Shown here in pieces: positions 1-10,600 of a stretch of 43,243 nucleotides of DNA; positions within the stretch are counted from its first letter, which is position 1; every line of letters starts with the position of its first letter. A program made the translations under genes and the position numbers. The notes under the pieces are model-generated. The model was given only the letters and a program-made list of their open reading frames with translations. It was not told where the DNA came from and made no database searches. The stretch is from IMG/VR virus record IMGVR_UViG_3300045988_144944. The stretch is one strand, 5' to 3'. The DNA comes from a virus.

Positions 1-188
1 TACCAAAAGAATAGCTTATTATTTAATGCTAATTAACAAAAAGTTTTGCTTGGGGGGGGCAAAAGTTATTATTTTGATCGAATTTTCGATTTAAGGAACT
101 TTCTTCAGACTGCTTGGCATCTTATCCAGATAAAAAAGAAAGTGCCTTAAAAGGCAAAAAAAATAAGCCCGGATAACTCCGAGCTTAT
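1..188 (-). repeat. Intergenic cassette copy A. It is truncated by the window start and is the continuation of copy E at the window end. Terminator-type upstream end, agcat patch allele.
   Basis: Bases 1-144 are identical to 43100-43243. Bases 1-188 align with 31788-31972 (copy C) apart from the 5-nt patch, one SNP and an A8 versus A7 run. Confidence 0.9.
156..186 (-). terminator. Rho-independent terminator ending the late (structural/lysis) unit
   Basis: Minus strand reads AAGCTCGGAGTTATCCGGGCTT, a 9-bp stem with one mismatch and a GTTA loop, followed by ATTTTTTTT. The same hairpin recurs after ssb at 31941-31970. Confidence 0.75.
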
Positions 189-246
189 AAATGTGAGAGG
201 AAAAGAAAAGTTACTTGATGAAATTATTTGGGTTGCGCAAATATAA

Positions 247-867
247 TCATTTTTTTATTTCTATATACTCAACGCCCAAAATTTTTGTATATGGGTTTTT
301 TGAAACAACGTCTATTCGGCTATCTTTTACCTTTTTTGTTTTCCATAAAAAGCCTAAAAACCTCTTATATTTTACCGTTTTGGTAATAATCAAACTATCA
401 TTATTTATTAATTCCCCTGTAAATTCTTTATTATCGTCAACACATCCGTTAATCTCTATCCAATTATTTTTTACGCTCAAACAAGGTATTTTTTTTACAA
501 CTGTGTCGCCGGGAATTATAACAATACTATCCTTCATATTTCCCTTTAACTCCATAATTGTTTTTATCTGTGTAGTCAATATGCTTTCAATTGATCTATT
601 GGCGTTTTTCAGAGTCTCAATAACCTTTAAATCTTCACTTCTGTACTTCTTGTACTCCTTCAATTTTAGTTCCAAAACTTCAACGCTTGCCACGTTAAGA
701 CTATCCTTTGTTTTATACATCTTAACATCTGAAAGTAATACTTCCGTGTTGTTTTTATATCTGTTTTTTTCTTCTTTCAACTTCTTTATCTTCACATTTT
801 GAAAGAAAATAACACCTATTGAAATGATGAAAAAAACAATTGCCGATATTTTTAGGTACTTATTCAT
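247..867 (-). CDS. Membrane-anchored protein, possibly a lysis accessory or spanin-like protein
   Basis: 206-aa ORF and the last gene after the amidase. It has an N-terminal hydrophobic segment (ISAIVFFIISIGVIFF) followed by a K/E-rich stretch. Confidence 0.4.
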   Translation of the reverse strand: MNKYLKISAIVFFIISIGVIFFQNVKIKKLKEEKNRYKNNTEVLLSDVKMYKTKDSLNVASVEVLELKLKEYKKYRSEDLKVIETLKNANRSIESILTTQIKTIMELKGNMKDSIVIIPGDTVVKKIPCLSVKNNWIEINGCVDDNKEFTGELINNDSLIITKTVKYKRFLGFLWKTKKVKDSRIDVVSKNPYTKILGVEYIEIKK

Positions 868-873
868 TTTATT

Positions 874-1392
874 TCATTTTAAATTTTGGTATTCCTCAAT
901 AGCATTAAAACAAGGACATTCTTTCATCCATTCAAAAGGTTCTATAATGCCATTTCCGTTTAAATCTTTAGAAAAGTCCCTATGCCCCTTTATTGTTGCT
1001 TCTGGGTATCTTTTCATCAGCTCTTTTAACAGCCATGTTATCGCTTCTTTTTGCTCTTTTGTTCTTGTATCTTCTGCCTTTCCTTGTTCATTTAACCCGC
1101 CAACGTAACAAATGCCGATAGAATTACTATTGTGCCCGGAAACATGCGCCCCAATTTCAGAAATATAACGTCCTATTTCAATTTCTCCATTTTGCAAAAT
1201 AATAAAATGATAACCGCATGTATGCCCGCTCTTTTGCTGCTTTTTAAAGCCCCTATTTTTATGCCATACATCTAATATTTCAACATTACATTTCACGCCC
1301 AATTTAGTAGCACTGCAATGTATAACTATATCTGTTATCTTTCTATCGCTTTTATCTTTCTCTAAAGCTGTTAAAATGCTATTTCTATCCAT
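874..1392 (-). CDS. N-acetylmuramoyl-L-alanine amidase (endolysin, Amidase_2/PGRP-like)
   Basis: Motifs IVIHCSAT, GYHFII and GAHVSGHNSNSIGICYVGG are typical of zinc amidase_2 endolysins. The gene sits next to a multi-TM ORF. Confidence 0.85.
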   Translation of the reverse strand: MDRNSILTALEKDKSDRKITDIVIHCSATKLGVKCNVEILDVWHKNRGFKKQQKSGHTCGYHFIILQNGEIEIGRYISEIGAHVSGHNSNSIGICYVGGLNEQGKAEDTRTKEQKEAITWLLKELMKRYPEATIKGHRDFSKDLNGNGIIEPFEWMKECPCFNAIEEYQNLK

Positions 1393-1891
1393 TTTGTTTG
1401 TCTTTATCTATTTCGTTTATCTCATCCTTGTATTTCTCGATTATAGGCTTCCAATAAGAAGGCATCGCCCGAGTAAATTCCAGCCTTAATATATGAAAAA
1501 TAATTCTTAATGCTACATTTTTCGGATAAGCTTTTATCAAATTTTTGAACGAATTTGTCGCATACACGTATATAAAAACATACGTTAATGATTTTATCAC
1601 AAAATAGGCTTCTTTTTTATCTCCGCATAAAATAACTATGCTATAAAGCACATGTATAATAACAAGATAAAGACAAATTTCTAACAAAGCATTTTTGAAC
1701 TTGCTAAACTTGAAATTTATACATCTCGATATTGAAACACCGTCTGCTCTCATTCCGGCAAATAGGTTAAATGCAAAAGCTATTATAAGCGCAAATATGA
1801 AATTGCTTGTTGTTGTCATATATGCAATTATAGGACTTGTTACCGTGACGAAAATAATTCGCAATTGCTCTAAATTAAATAATCTATCCAT
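1385..1891 (-). CDS. Holin-like multi-pass membrane protein
   Basis: 168 aa with about four hydrophobic helices. It overlaps the amidase start by 8 nt. The call rests on position. Confidence 0.5.
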   Translation of the reverse strand: MDRLFNLEQLRIIFVTVTSPIIAYMTTTSNFIFALIIAFAFNLFAGMRADGVSISRCINFKFSKFKNALLEICLYLVIIHVLYSIVILCGDKKEAYFVIKSLTYVFIYVYATNSFKNLIKAYPKNVALRIIFHILRLEFTRAMPSYWKPIIEKYKDEINEIDKDKQNG

Positions 1892-1895
1892 ACAA

Positions 1896-4016
1896 TTAAA
1901 ATTTTAATCTTTCCATTATTCTCTGTGCTATTTTTTGGAATCCCAAATCTCCCGGATGTGAGGCAACTCCGCCACTCACTGTTATTGTTTGATAACCTAT
2001 AATTCCTACAACTTTATCGTCAGGATTATTTTCATAACTTCTTACAATTACCTCGCTTGTGTATTGTTTTCCGTTAATTGTAAACGTTATTTTTAATTCG
2101 TTTTCGCTAATAATTTCCAAGACATCGTAATTTATTGTCTGTATTTTTAACGACTCGCTAATAATTACCGTTCCTATCGCACTTTGATTCTCGGGAGTAT
2201 TTAAATCATTTATTTCTATATAATCAACTCCGTAAAGTTTACAATTTTCTTGAATAATACTTCTGACTTGATCGTTCACATACCAGCCATACACCCAAGC
2301 AACACGAGCTTTTGAGCAATATTTTCGTATTTCAGATAATAAAGTAGAGCAAGTATTTTCAAAATTACTTCTTTTCTCTGGAGTATTTATATTGTCTCCA
2401 AGCTGGATTAAAACAAGTTCGCTATTCTCGTCCAAATCAACTGTCAAAACATCTTCTATCCAAGCATTCACTTCTTGTTGCGTTGTCGCATCTTCGAAGG
2501 TTGTACCGCTAATTTTTACTGCTAAATAACTACCTGTGCCCTTTTCTTGAATCGTTTCTCCAATTATTGCAGCGTAATCTTTTGTTTTTTCTGTTGCATT
2601 CATTCCAAAATCTCCATTACCCAACAATAAAGAGTTACCGATAAATGACGCTTTTTCCGGATATAACGGGGTTGTTGTCACTACTCCGTTGTTCCCAACC
2701 AATACTACGTATTTAGTTCCATTTGGGGAAGTCAGGATAATATCCGAACTGCTTTCCAAAGACGTTACTTTCCCTTCCAAAACTGCTATCTCTTTTTGTA
2801 AATCGGAGATTGTTTCCGTAAGATTTTCTGTTTGTCCGATTGGATATTGGGCGCAAATGAAATTCTTGACGTTAACTGTACTTTCTTTATTAGCAGCTAC
2901 TATCAAATAAAAATTAGTTTGATTATTATATACAGAATGATAAGCCGGATCAAATTCAAAACTGTTTTTACCAACTTGTAGCTGTTGAGCTTGTAATTGT
3001 TTGTCTCCATTTGCTCCAAACAGATATACTGTTACTACACCACTTAAAATCGATTGTATTTCTATATCTATTATGCAATGGTAGTTTGGGTTTGGATTAA
3101 AAGTTGTTGTTCTTATACCTCCTGAGCCATTTTGTTGCATATTCTGAAATGTAAATCCATTTTTACCATGATACTCTGTAATGACTCCATTATTCCACGA
3201 ATCTATATTAGCGTTGTCAACATTTTTTATATACCCCGCTTTTATGTTATCCGTTGTTATTTCTACATTTTCCAGAATAGAAATAAATCCGAAATGATCT
3301 TTCAGTACATCGTTATTAAGTCTTAAGGGTTTCATTGCTTCTTGTTTCCCATGTTTCCATAGTGTCCAATCAACAACGATAGATAAATTACCTGTTAACC
3401 CATTTTTATCTTCTACTGCTTGATTCAAAACATAGGATAAATTGTCACCTTTTAAACTTACACTTATATAATTGAAATCTTCCAAATAATTTCCGTCTGC
3501 ATCTGTTTCATAAAGTATTACCGTTTTTATGTCTGTATGAACAGAGATTGGTGACCAATAATGCGGGTCACTTTCCGTACCCAAGATATTACCCGTTATT
3601 TTTATATCAATTATAAAGTTCTCCAAATCTTTGTAATATTGGCAAGCATCTGAAATTTCTTTGTTGTACACGGGCGTTCTATACATCCTGTTAAAAACAT
3701 CCACTGACAATGGTATTCCCGTTTCAAGAGACTCCCAACTGCCACTATCATTGATAAAAATAGCTACCTCATCTGTTACCTGTAAGTTGTCAAAGTACCT
3801 ATATGTTCCGGCGATAGTCGCTATATAGAAAACCTTTGAGTCAGGATTTCCGGGATTTAAATTCAAGGCTGCCAGACCTTTAAACGTTGCTCCATTACCC
3901 AGATAATCAACCATTAGAGCTAAAATATTCCCGAGGATATCTCCGGTAATTTCATTGTTACCGTTATTTCTAATAACTTGCGCTATTGAGCTTTTTAAAT
4001 TTTGATAATTCCCCAT
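1896..4016 (-). CDS. Tail fibre / receptor-binding protein with a C-terminal SGNH (GDSL-like) esterase domain
   Basis: The C-terminal third carries SGNH-like blocks: FIGNSLLLG (block I, GNS), LIQLGDNI (GxND) and a final SHPGDLG (DxxH-like). It is the last large gene of the tail module. Confidence 0.6.
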   Translation of the reverse strand: MGNYQNLKSSIAQVIRNNGNNEITGDILGNILALMVDYLGNGATFKGLAALNLNPGNPDSKVFYIATIAGTYRYFDNLQVTDEVAIFINDSGSWESLETGIPLSVDVFNRMYRTPVYNKEISDACQYYKDLENFIIDIKITGNILGTESDPHYWSPISVHTDIKTVILYETDADGNYLEDFNYISVSLKGDNLSYVLNQAVEDKNGLTGNLSIVVDWTLWKHGKQEAMKPLRLNNDVLKDHFGFISILENVEITTDNIKAGYIKNVDNANIDSWNNGVITEYHGKNGFTFQNMQQNGSGGIRTTTFNPNPNYHCIIDIEIQSILSGVVTVYLFGANGDKQLQAQQLQVGKNSFEFDPAYHSVYNNQTNFYLIVAANKESTVNVKNFICAQYPIGQTENLTETISDLQKEIAVLEGKVTSLESSSDIILTSPNGTKYVVLVGNNGVVTTTPLYPEKASFIGNSLLLGNGDFGMNATEKTKDYAAIIGETIQEKGTGSYLAVKISGTTFEDATTQQEVNAWIEDVLTVDLDENSELVLIQLGDNINTPEKRSNFENTCSTLLSEIRKYCSKARVAWVYGWYVNDQVRSIIQENCKLYGVDYIEINDLNTPENQSAIGTVIISESLKIQTINYDVLEIISENELKITFTINGKQYTSEVIVRSYENNPDDKVVGIIGYQTITVSGGVASHPGDLGFQKIAQRIMERLKF

Positions 4017-4018
4017 TT

Positions 4019-4900
4019 TTAATATATATTAAAGTCGTTATTAAAGTCGTTATTAAAGTCGTTATTAAAGTCGCCGCTATTCGGCATTAAATAACCTCTG
4101 CCAATCTTTTTAACCACTGTATTTGTTTGGAACTCAACAGTGACACTTGCTAAATTACCTTGCGTTTGCCACTGTGGAGTTATTAAGAAGCTATCGCAAT
4201 TATATACTTCCCCATATTTATCAGTAATCTGAATGTGATCTGCCATTCGTATCAACCTCATCACATCGCAAAGGTATTCAGGAGCTAAAATAACAAATTT
4301 ATAAGTCTTTTCAGATATTTGTTTTTCCGGAAAAAAGAAGCCATTCCTATCTTCTCCTTCTTCTTCAAATTCGTAATCAGGCTTTCCAAGCTCTGCACAC
4401 AAATATAAAATATTCCTGAATAAGGGATTTTTGTAAACTATTTGCCCGTTATCAAAAATAACATTTTCATCATCGTACCATTCCAATTTTAAATAGCCTT
4501 CGACACTATTTACAACTGTAAATACTTCCGAATAAATAATATCATCTCCCGTATTAAAGGTTATGTAATACATGCCTTCGCTTATCTTTAAATCCATAAC
4601 AACATTACCCGGATAAACAATAACATCATAACCGAATTGTTCAAATTCCACAAGCTGCAAGCCCGTTCTTTCAACTTCCGAAGTTATGTCTTTTATGTGC
4701 TTTCCATTTTTGTCATATAGATTTATTTCAGGAACATAAGTAATACTATGCTCTCTAATTATTTGAAAGGGGGGCAAAAAATTATTCAAACAATATAACG
4801 GATAAACTTCTCCGTACGAATAACTTCTCCTGCTGTATTGCATGTCCCTTTTTTCATAGAAGGGGAGAACACTTAAATTGTTGTTTTTATTCTGTATCAT
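4019..4900 (-). CDS. Tail/baseplate-associated hypothetical protein with a C-terminal (DFNN)x4 repeat
   Basis: 293-aa ORF between two large tail genes. It overlaps the upstream ORF, and its C-terminus reads GDFNNDFNNDFNNDFNIY. Confidence 0.5.
   Translation of the reverse strand: MIQNKNNNLSVLPFYEKRDMQYSRRSYSYGEVYPLYCLNNFLPPFQIIREHSITYVPEINLYDKNGKHIKDITSEVERTGLQLVEFEQFGYDVIVYPGNVVMDLKISEGMYYITFNTGDDIIYSEVFTVVNSVEGYLKLEWYDDENVIFDNGQIVYKNPLFRNILYLCAELGKPDYEFEEEGEDRNGFFFPEKQISEKTYKFVILAPEYLCDVMRLIRMADHIQITDKYGEVYNCDSFLITPQWQTQGNLASVTVEFQTNTVVKKIGRGYLMPNSGDFNNDFNNDFNNDFNIY
4028..4075 (-). repeat. 12-bp tandem repeat x4 (attaaagtcgtt on plus) encoding DFNN units
   Basis: Three perfect copies plus one variant copy are read directly at the 3' end of CDS 4019-4900. 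Confidence 0.9.
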
Positions 4901-7688
4901 ATTTTAACGTTGCTTCTACTGTTAACGAATTAATTCTTAGCTTAATACTTTCTACTTGACCGTTGCCCAAACCCGTTTTAACTAATTGCATAGGGTTAAT
5001 TTTGGTAGGTGCAGGATAAATTACTGTTTGCTTCTTTTTTCTTTCTATTCCATAAACATACGATTTTTCTTTGTTTATTAGAACATCCGTTGCGGGTAAA
5101 TTATATGTCCAATAAAGCGGATGAAGGCTTGCAAAAGACATATAACCATTTTGTAACGTGTAATCTCCGCCGTCAATGCGCATTTCTACAAATGGCAATT
5201 GCCATGTATCTATAACGTTTAAATTGGTTATTTTGAATTTTTGTACACCTGAACAATAAAAGCCAAAAGTAGCCGCATCTCCCGGTATCTGAACGCTTAA
5301 ATTTAATTGATTTCCACCTCCGGCAATGTCTATTCTTGATTGATAACCCAGATCAGCACCAGAAGAATTAAAAAAGTGCACCCTTAAAAATCCAGATGCT
5401 TCGGCAACACAATTACCAATTATCAACGCTTTGTGTCCTCTGTATAGAGAATTAATTTCGTATGTTGGCGTTGAATAACCGCCGCTTTCATATTGATTTT
5501 GCGAGCCGTAACCGAACGAGTCTGGGTTTGTCATTGCGTTCGGCGATATAGCCGCCATTATAACAAATCCGTCGTCGCTAAAAGCACTGGGATTTAAAAG
5601 CATCATATCTATATCCGAAGAAAAATTCGACACATTTACTTCTTCTATTTTACCGGCGGTTACATATTTCGACAAAATTTCAATTGGATAGCCTTCAAAT
5701 ATTTGCGAAACTTCGTCCATCCAAGAAAATTGAAATCTCTCTGCCATGTCTATTTTGTCGAATTTCCAACTATTTGTGCCGAACACATACTTTTTACCAT
5801 TCCGAACATTTTCTATTTCCGTTAAATCAACGTTTATTATCGGAAAGTAAGAATAAGAGCCACCATTTCTAAACCACTGTATATGCTCTATTTTAAACTT
5901 GTTATCTTCTATATACCAATAACATTGAAAACAATTCTTTAGCATGTTTGTAAACGACTGCAAAGTAATTGTTCCTCGCTGTGCGGGCGTTTGATATTCC
6001 CCAGCCAAAATGTTTGTTTTTTGAGTAACAAATAGATCAAAAATTAAGTTTGAAATCGGGTTTTTTTCGCTATATAAGAACTTGCTATATTCTTCAGTAC
6101 CTTCATGTTTTATTTCTGGAGCTATTTCTTTTAAAAGAACTGAAATGCAAGACCATAAAGGGTAAGCATCTTTCAACGTATAAGGAGACCTACCATTCGC
6201 CTCTATATATTTGTCTGAAAAAGCAAAATCAAACCAAATAGACACATAACGCCAATTTGATTGTGAAATAGGATAGAATTTTTGCCCGTATAAGGTATAA
6301 GGCGGTAAAAAATATCTCCCATTATCTGACTTCCCCCATTCTGTCGGCTCATCCGAAAACCTTGCAGAAATTTCGGCAATGTCTATCGCATAACCTAAAC
6401 AATAATGATAATTTCTATTATTCCCAACTATATCATCGCCGCTTAAGGGATAGGTTGCAATGCCTAAAATACTACTTACATCTAACAAATACCTCACATA
6501 AATGTTATATGTTTTCAATGAACAATGCGCTACACCTGTTGCAAATCCCGAAAAAGGCGACATATCAAAGTTTATATTATCTACACTTTCTCCGGGCGAA
6601 AGGCTCTTAACATAACCGAAAATAGGCACTTTATCAGATGTTCTTTGAATAGTAGCTGTAATTGAAAAATTGGCTGAATAGTTTATATAACATTCATAAC
6701 CGTTACTGTTTTCTGGGTATAAATAACCTGTATAACTACCACCAGAAAGAACATTCATTTTACCACTGTATACGCCTGAACAATCTGAAGGAGTACCTTC
6801 AACAGTTATGTTTATTTCGTTCAAAACATTACATAGCGCAAAATGGAATGTGTTAACAAGCGCATTTTTATCCCCATTCGGCGAAACATCTTGCTCCCAA
6901 TTTCCCCCCCCCAAGAAGCAAGAAATAATACTCTCTCCGGGCAAATAAACCTGAATTAAAGGTCTTTTATATACAGTTATTCTTTCTATCGCCGGAGCAA
7001 GTTCTATCAAGTTGTATTCTTTTTCCATTCCTGCCAGAACATCGTTATATTGGTCGTAAACATCCGGCTGCACGGTTATCATTTCATCATCGGCATTAAA
7101 TTCGCAATCTGTTTTCATGAACTTACCGATAAAAGCATTCTCCCAAGTCAACCTATTATCTTCTGACTTGAAAATATAGAAATAGAAAATAGTATCGAAA
7201 GTCTTATCATCGATAAAATGATAATCTTGTTTTAACAATGAAATTTTTCCAGATAATTTTTGCCTATAAAAATTCTGACTTGTTTCTAACTCATAGGTAA
7301 TACTAAAATCATCGTTATATACCGGAAATACTTGTTTTATAGCATATATTTCTAACCCATTCTCCTGCAGATAATAATCTCTAATCACTGAAATTCTCGC
7401 ATATACAGCCCCTTTGGGAGTCATTACGTAACCGCTTGCTCCGTGTCCGTCAGCAATTCCATCAATATAATTGTAATTTTCATCATAAAAAGCCCCAGCA
7501 AATATAGAATTAATCATTAAACACATACTTCCGGAAACATCCATGTAATCAGTAGAATTAAAGCCAACATGCACCTGTAATTCTCCTGTACTTTCATTTA
7601 CAGAATAATCTACTTTATTCCCAGAAGCATTGTAATCAAAAAGATTTTTACTTTTTGTGTTTATACCAAATTTATAATAAGGGTTCAT
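4887..7688 (-). CDS. Large distal tail protein (Tal/host-recognition candidate)
   Basis: 933-aa ORF immediately after the tape measure, with a 4-nt ATGA overlap. The call rests on position and size only. Confidence 0.5.
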   Translation of the reverse strand: MNPYYKFGINTKSKNLFDYNASGNKVDYSVNESTGELQVHVGFNSTDYMDVSGSMCLMINSIFAGAFYDENYNYIDGIADGHGASGYVMTPKGAVYARISVIRDYYLQENGLEIYAIKQVFPVYNDDFSITYELETSQNFYRQKLSGKISLLKQDYHFIDDKTFDTIFYFYIFKSEDNRLTWENAFIGKFMKTDCEFNADDEMITVQPDVYDQYNDVLAGMEKEYNLIELAPAIERITVYKRPLIQVYLPGESIISCFLGGGNWEQDVSPNGDKNALVNTFHFALCNVLNEINITVEGTPSDCSGVYSGKMNVLSGGSYTGYLYPENSNGYECYINYSANFSITATIQRTSDKVPIFGYVKSLSPGESVDNINFDMSPFSGFATGVAHCSLKTYNIYVRYLLDVSSILGIATYPLSGDDIVGNNRNYHYCLGYAIDIAEISARFSDEPTEWGKSDNGRYFLPPYTLYGQKFYPISQSNWRYVSIWFDFAFSDKYIEANGRSPYTLKDAYPLWSCISVLLKEIAPEIKHEGTEEYSKFLYSEKNPISNLIFDLFVTQKTNILAGEYQTPAQRGTITLQSFTNMLKNCFQCYWYIEDNKFKIEHIQWFRNGGSYSYFPIINVDLTEIENVRNGKKYVFGTNSWKFDKIDMAERFQFSWMDEVSQIFEGYPIEILSKYVTAGKIEEVNVSNFSSDIDMMLLNPSAFSDDGFVIMAAISPNAMTNPDSFGYGSQNQYESGGYSTPTYEINSLYRGHKALIIGNCVAEASGFLRVHFFNSSGADLGYQSRIDIAGGGNQLNLSVQIPGDAATFGFYCSGVQKFKITNLNVIDTWQLPFVEMRIDGGDYTLQNGYMSFASLHPLYWTYNLPATDVLINKEKSYVYGIERKKKQTVIYPAPTKINPMQLVKTGLGNGQVESIKLRINSLTVEATLKYDTE

Positions 7689-10600
7689 TTCCGTATCTTT
7701 CTTTTTAAATTCTTATATATAAGAATGATATTTCCTTGACTATCAACTAACATTTTTGTTTTATTTTGTTCTTTGATCTTCCGGACATTATCATTCAATT
7801 CGGTTATATCTGTCTGGTTATTTACATTTATTGAAAAGCCATTTTGATCGTCATAGATGTTCATATATTTTTTCTCAAAAGTGCCGCTATTCAAAGACTT
7901 TATAATGTCAGGTATTATTCTGCCATACCTTCTCGAATTTCTTTTATTTATAACAGCAAAAAATTCTCCCCCTTCGGCTCTCCTTCTTGTTCCGTCAGGT
8001 TTCATCCCTAAGTCGATGTCATTGCCGCTTTGGTGACTTCCACCCTTTAACAGCTCAACTGTACCCTCTCCATAACTCTCCTCTTGTTGAGCCGCTTTTG
8101 TCAATTGTGCAGCTTTTATTTTTGAAGCTGCGAAAGAAGCCCACATTACAGCTATTGCGGGTAAAGCTCCTAAAAAGCCCATTTGTGCCCAAATTAACGC
8201 TGTTGCGGTAACAAGGCTCGATGCTTGTTGAGCTGCCTGCATAGCTTCCTGTTGTTTTTGCGCACGCTGTTGTTCTTTCAATGCTTTGTCTTGATTCCTC
8301 TTTGCTAATTCAAGCTCTCGTTGTGCCATTTCTACATTATTGGCATAACCATTCGCACGTGCTTGTAATTCTGAATCTAATGCACTTTGCGCACTATCAA
8401 CCTCTTTATCTGCTGCTTCAACAGCGGCATTAGCAATTTCTATTTTCTTTTGTAAATAACTATCTAATTGCGAAATAGCAAAAGAAACAGACGTTGTTAT
8501 TGCCTGTTTTTCATCATCATTTAAATCTAAGCCAAAAATATCGTAAATGTCTTTTTTATCTCCCCCTTTTTTTTGGGTATTTTCGATCTCTTTTTCGATT
8601 TTAGCAATCGTGTTTTGAATAGTTTGTATCTCTATCTCCGAAAGGCTTCCAGCATATTTTTTATTCAGCTCTATTACCTTTTGTAATCTTTCCTTTTCAG
8701 CGTTCAATCGGTATAATGTTTTTTGTTTTTCAGTACTTTCAAGCAATTCAAATTCGCTCTTTGAAAGCTCTTGTTGTTTGCTGAAAATTGCAAGTTGTTC
8801 GTTTATATATGTGTCTGCAACACTTTGCTCCCTCTGTCCAAATTCCGAAGTTATTTCACCTTCTGAACGTCTTTGGCTCGGAGCTTTTTGTTTATTTTGC
8901 AACAACGCTATTTGTTTTTCTTTCGCTATTAATTCCCTTCGCAATTTAAGTTCTTCTTCACTGCCTTCGCTTATAGTGTTAAGCTGCAATTCTAAGCTTT
9001 TCTTTTCAAGTTCAAGCCTATTTAATTGCCTTTCATTGTCTAACTTTAATAAAGCTTGTGTTTGCTGCTGCTCTAATGCCTGTATAGTTTTATTGATGTC
9101 CTCTTTGTTTTGTTTTGTCAGATTTTTTTCTGTTAATAATTGATGCTTTAAATCTTCTATCTGTCTTTGATATTGATTTTTTGTTTGAGTTTCCCTCTTT
9201 TTCCAATCGTCACTTTCCAACTTTAAAAGCTCATCTTCAAGCTTTCTTCTAATCTGTATATTTTTTTTGTAGGCATTTTCTATCTCTTTATCGGTACTTG
9301 TTTGCGTTTCAGTTATTATTACCTCTTCTGATTGATAATTATTTCCTGTGTCTTTGCTTCCGCTCGAAGATGTTGTTACCGGGATAGTTATAGGTTTAAT
9401 CTTCTCATTTGCGTTTTCTATCCCCTTTTGAACATTTTCTGTTATATCTTTTACTTGATTGGCAACTAATGTTTTGTAAGAGTTAGCATAATCGGCAAAG
9501 CCTTGTTTTATAAGATCAAAATCTAATGTAAAAGCCCCTTTTAATGTTGTTCCGAAGCTCTTTACTATGTCGATTAAAAAGCCGAAAATATTTCCAATAG
9601 TATCTACTCCATTTTTAAAGCTTACAACTATGCTTTGCCACAACGCCCGAAAAGCTAAGCTGTCATTATATAGCTCGATGAAGTAATTAATTATCGAAAT
9701 AACACCCTTTATAATGGCAGTTAACCCGTCATTAACGAAAACTTTCGCTCTGGTCGTTAATGTCTCGAAATTACCACCGGTAAGATCAAACAAGCCGGAA
9801 AGAGCATTTTCCAATTCAAGTTGACTATTTAATTGCTCTTCCTGCAATTGTCCTAAAATGCCTGCTTTTTCTTTTACTTCGTCTAAATTAGTTGAAATAT
9901 TCCCGAGCGTCCTGAGGTATTGTAATCCGGCATCCTCTCCCGCACTACCAAATATATCGGCAATAGCTGTACCAACTTCAGTGGCACTATCAGGTAATTC
10001 ATTTAATTTCAAGCTAACTTCTTGCATAACATCGAAGGTCGTCTTTGAACCATTTTGCAAATCTTTCTGAACTTGCTCCGAAGATATACCTATACCTTCC
10101 AATGCCGAAGCCGTTGCCGTTGTCATTTCTCGCAAACGTATGTTTGCTTCTTTTATAGTGTCAATACCTTTGTCTGAGAAAATACCTTGCTTGTTTGTTT
10201 CCGCTATAATGGCAATAAATTCATCTGCCGAAATTCCTGCTTCTTTAAAATACGCCGGGTATTCTCTCAAAGTATCTAAAAATTCCCCATTCGCATTAGC
10301 TCCAGAAACAAAGCCGTCCTGAATGAGTTTTAACGACTCATCAGCACTTATTCCGAATTGCTGAGCAACAGCATTCGAAGCCATTAATGTTTCTTTAAAA
10401 TCGACATTAAAAGCATCTGCAACAGCTTGTACATTATTTCTAAATGCTTTCAAGTCGTCACCTTGTTTTCCCGTGAATTGTTGAGTTAATCTTGTAGCTT
10501 CTACTAACCCGGCGTTATAATCGTACCACCATTTAAAGCCTGCTCCGACTCCCGCTATTCCGGCAATAGCGATAAAAACAGGATTACTCAACAAACCCAA

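Noticed and set aside
238-245. A TATATTTG box immediately after the stop of the last late gene, which together with the terminator at 156-186 could define a ~75-nt sRNA
   Set aside because: There is no TTTG at the -33 position, and the motif is expected by chance in AT-rich sequence. Copy C has no equivalent. It is kept only as a low-priority possibility.
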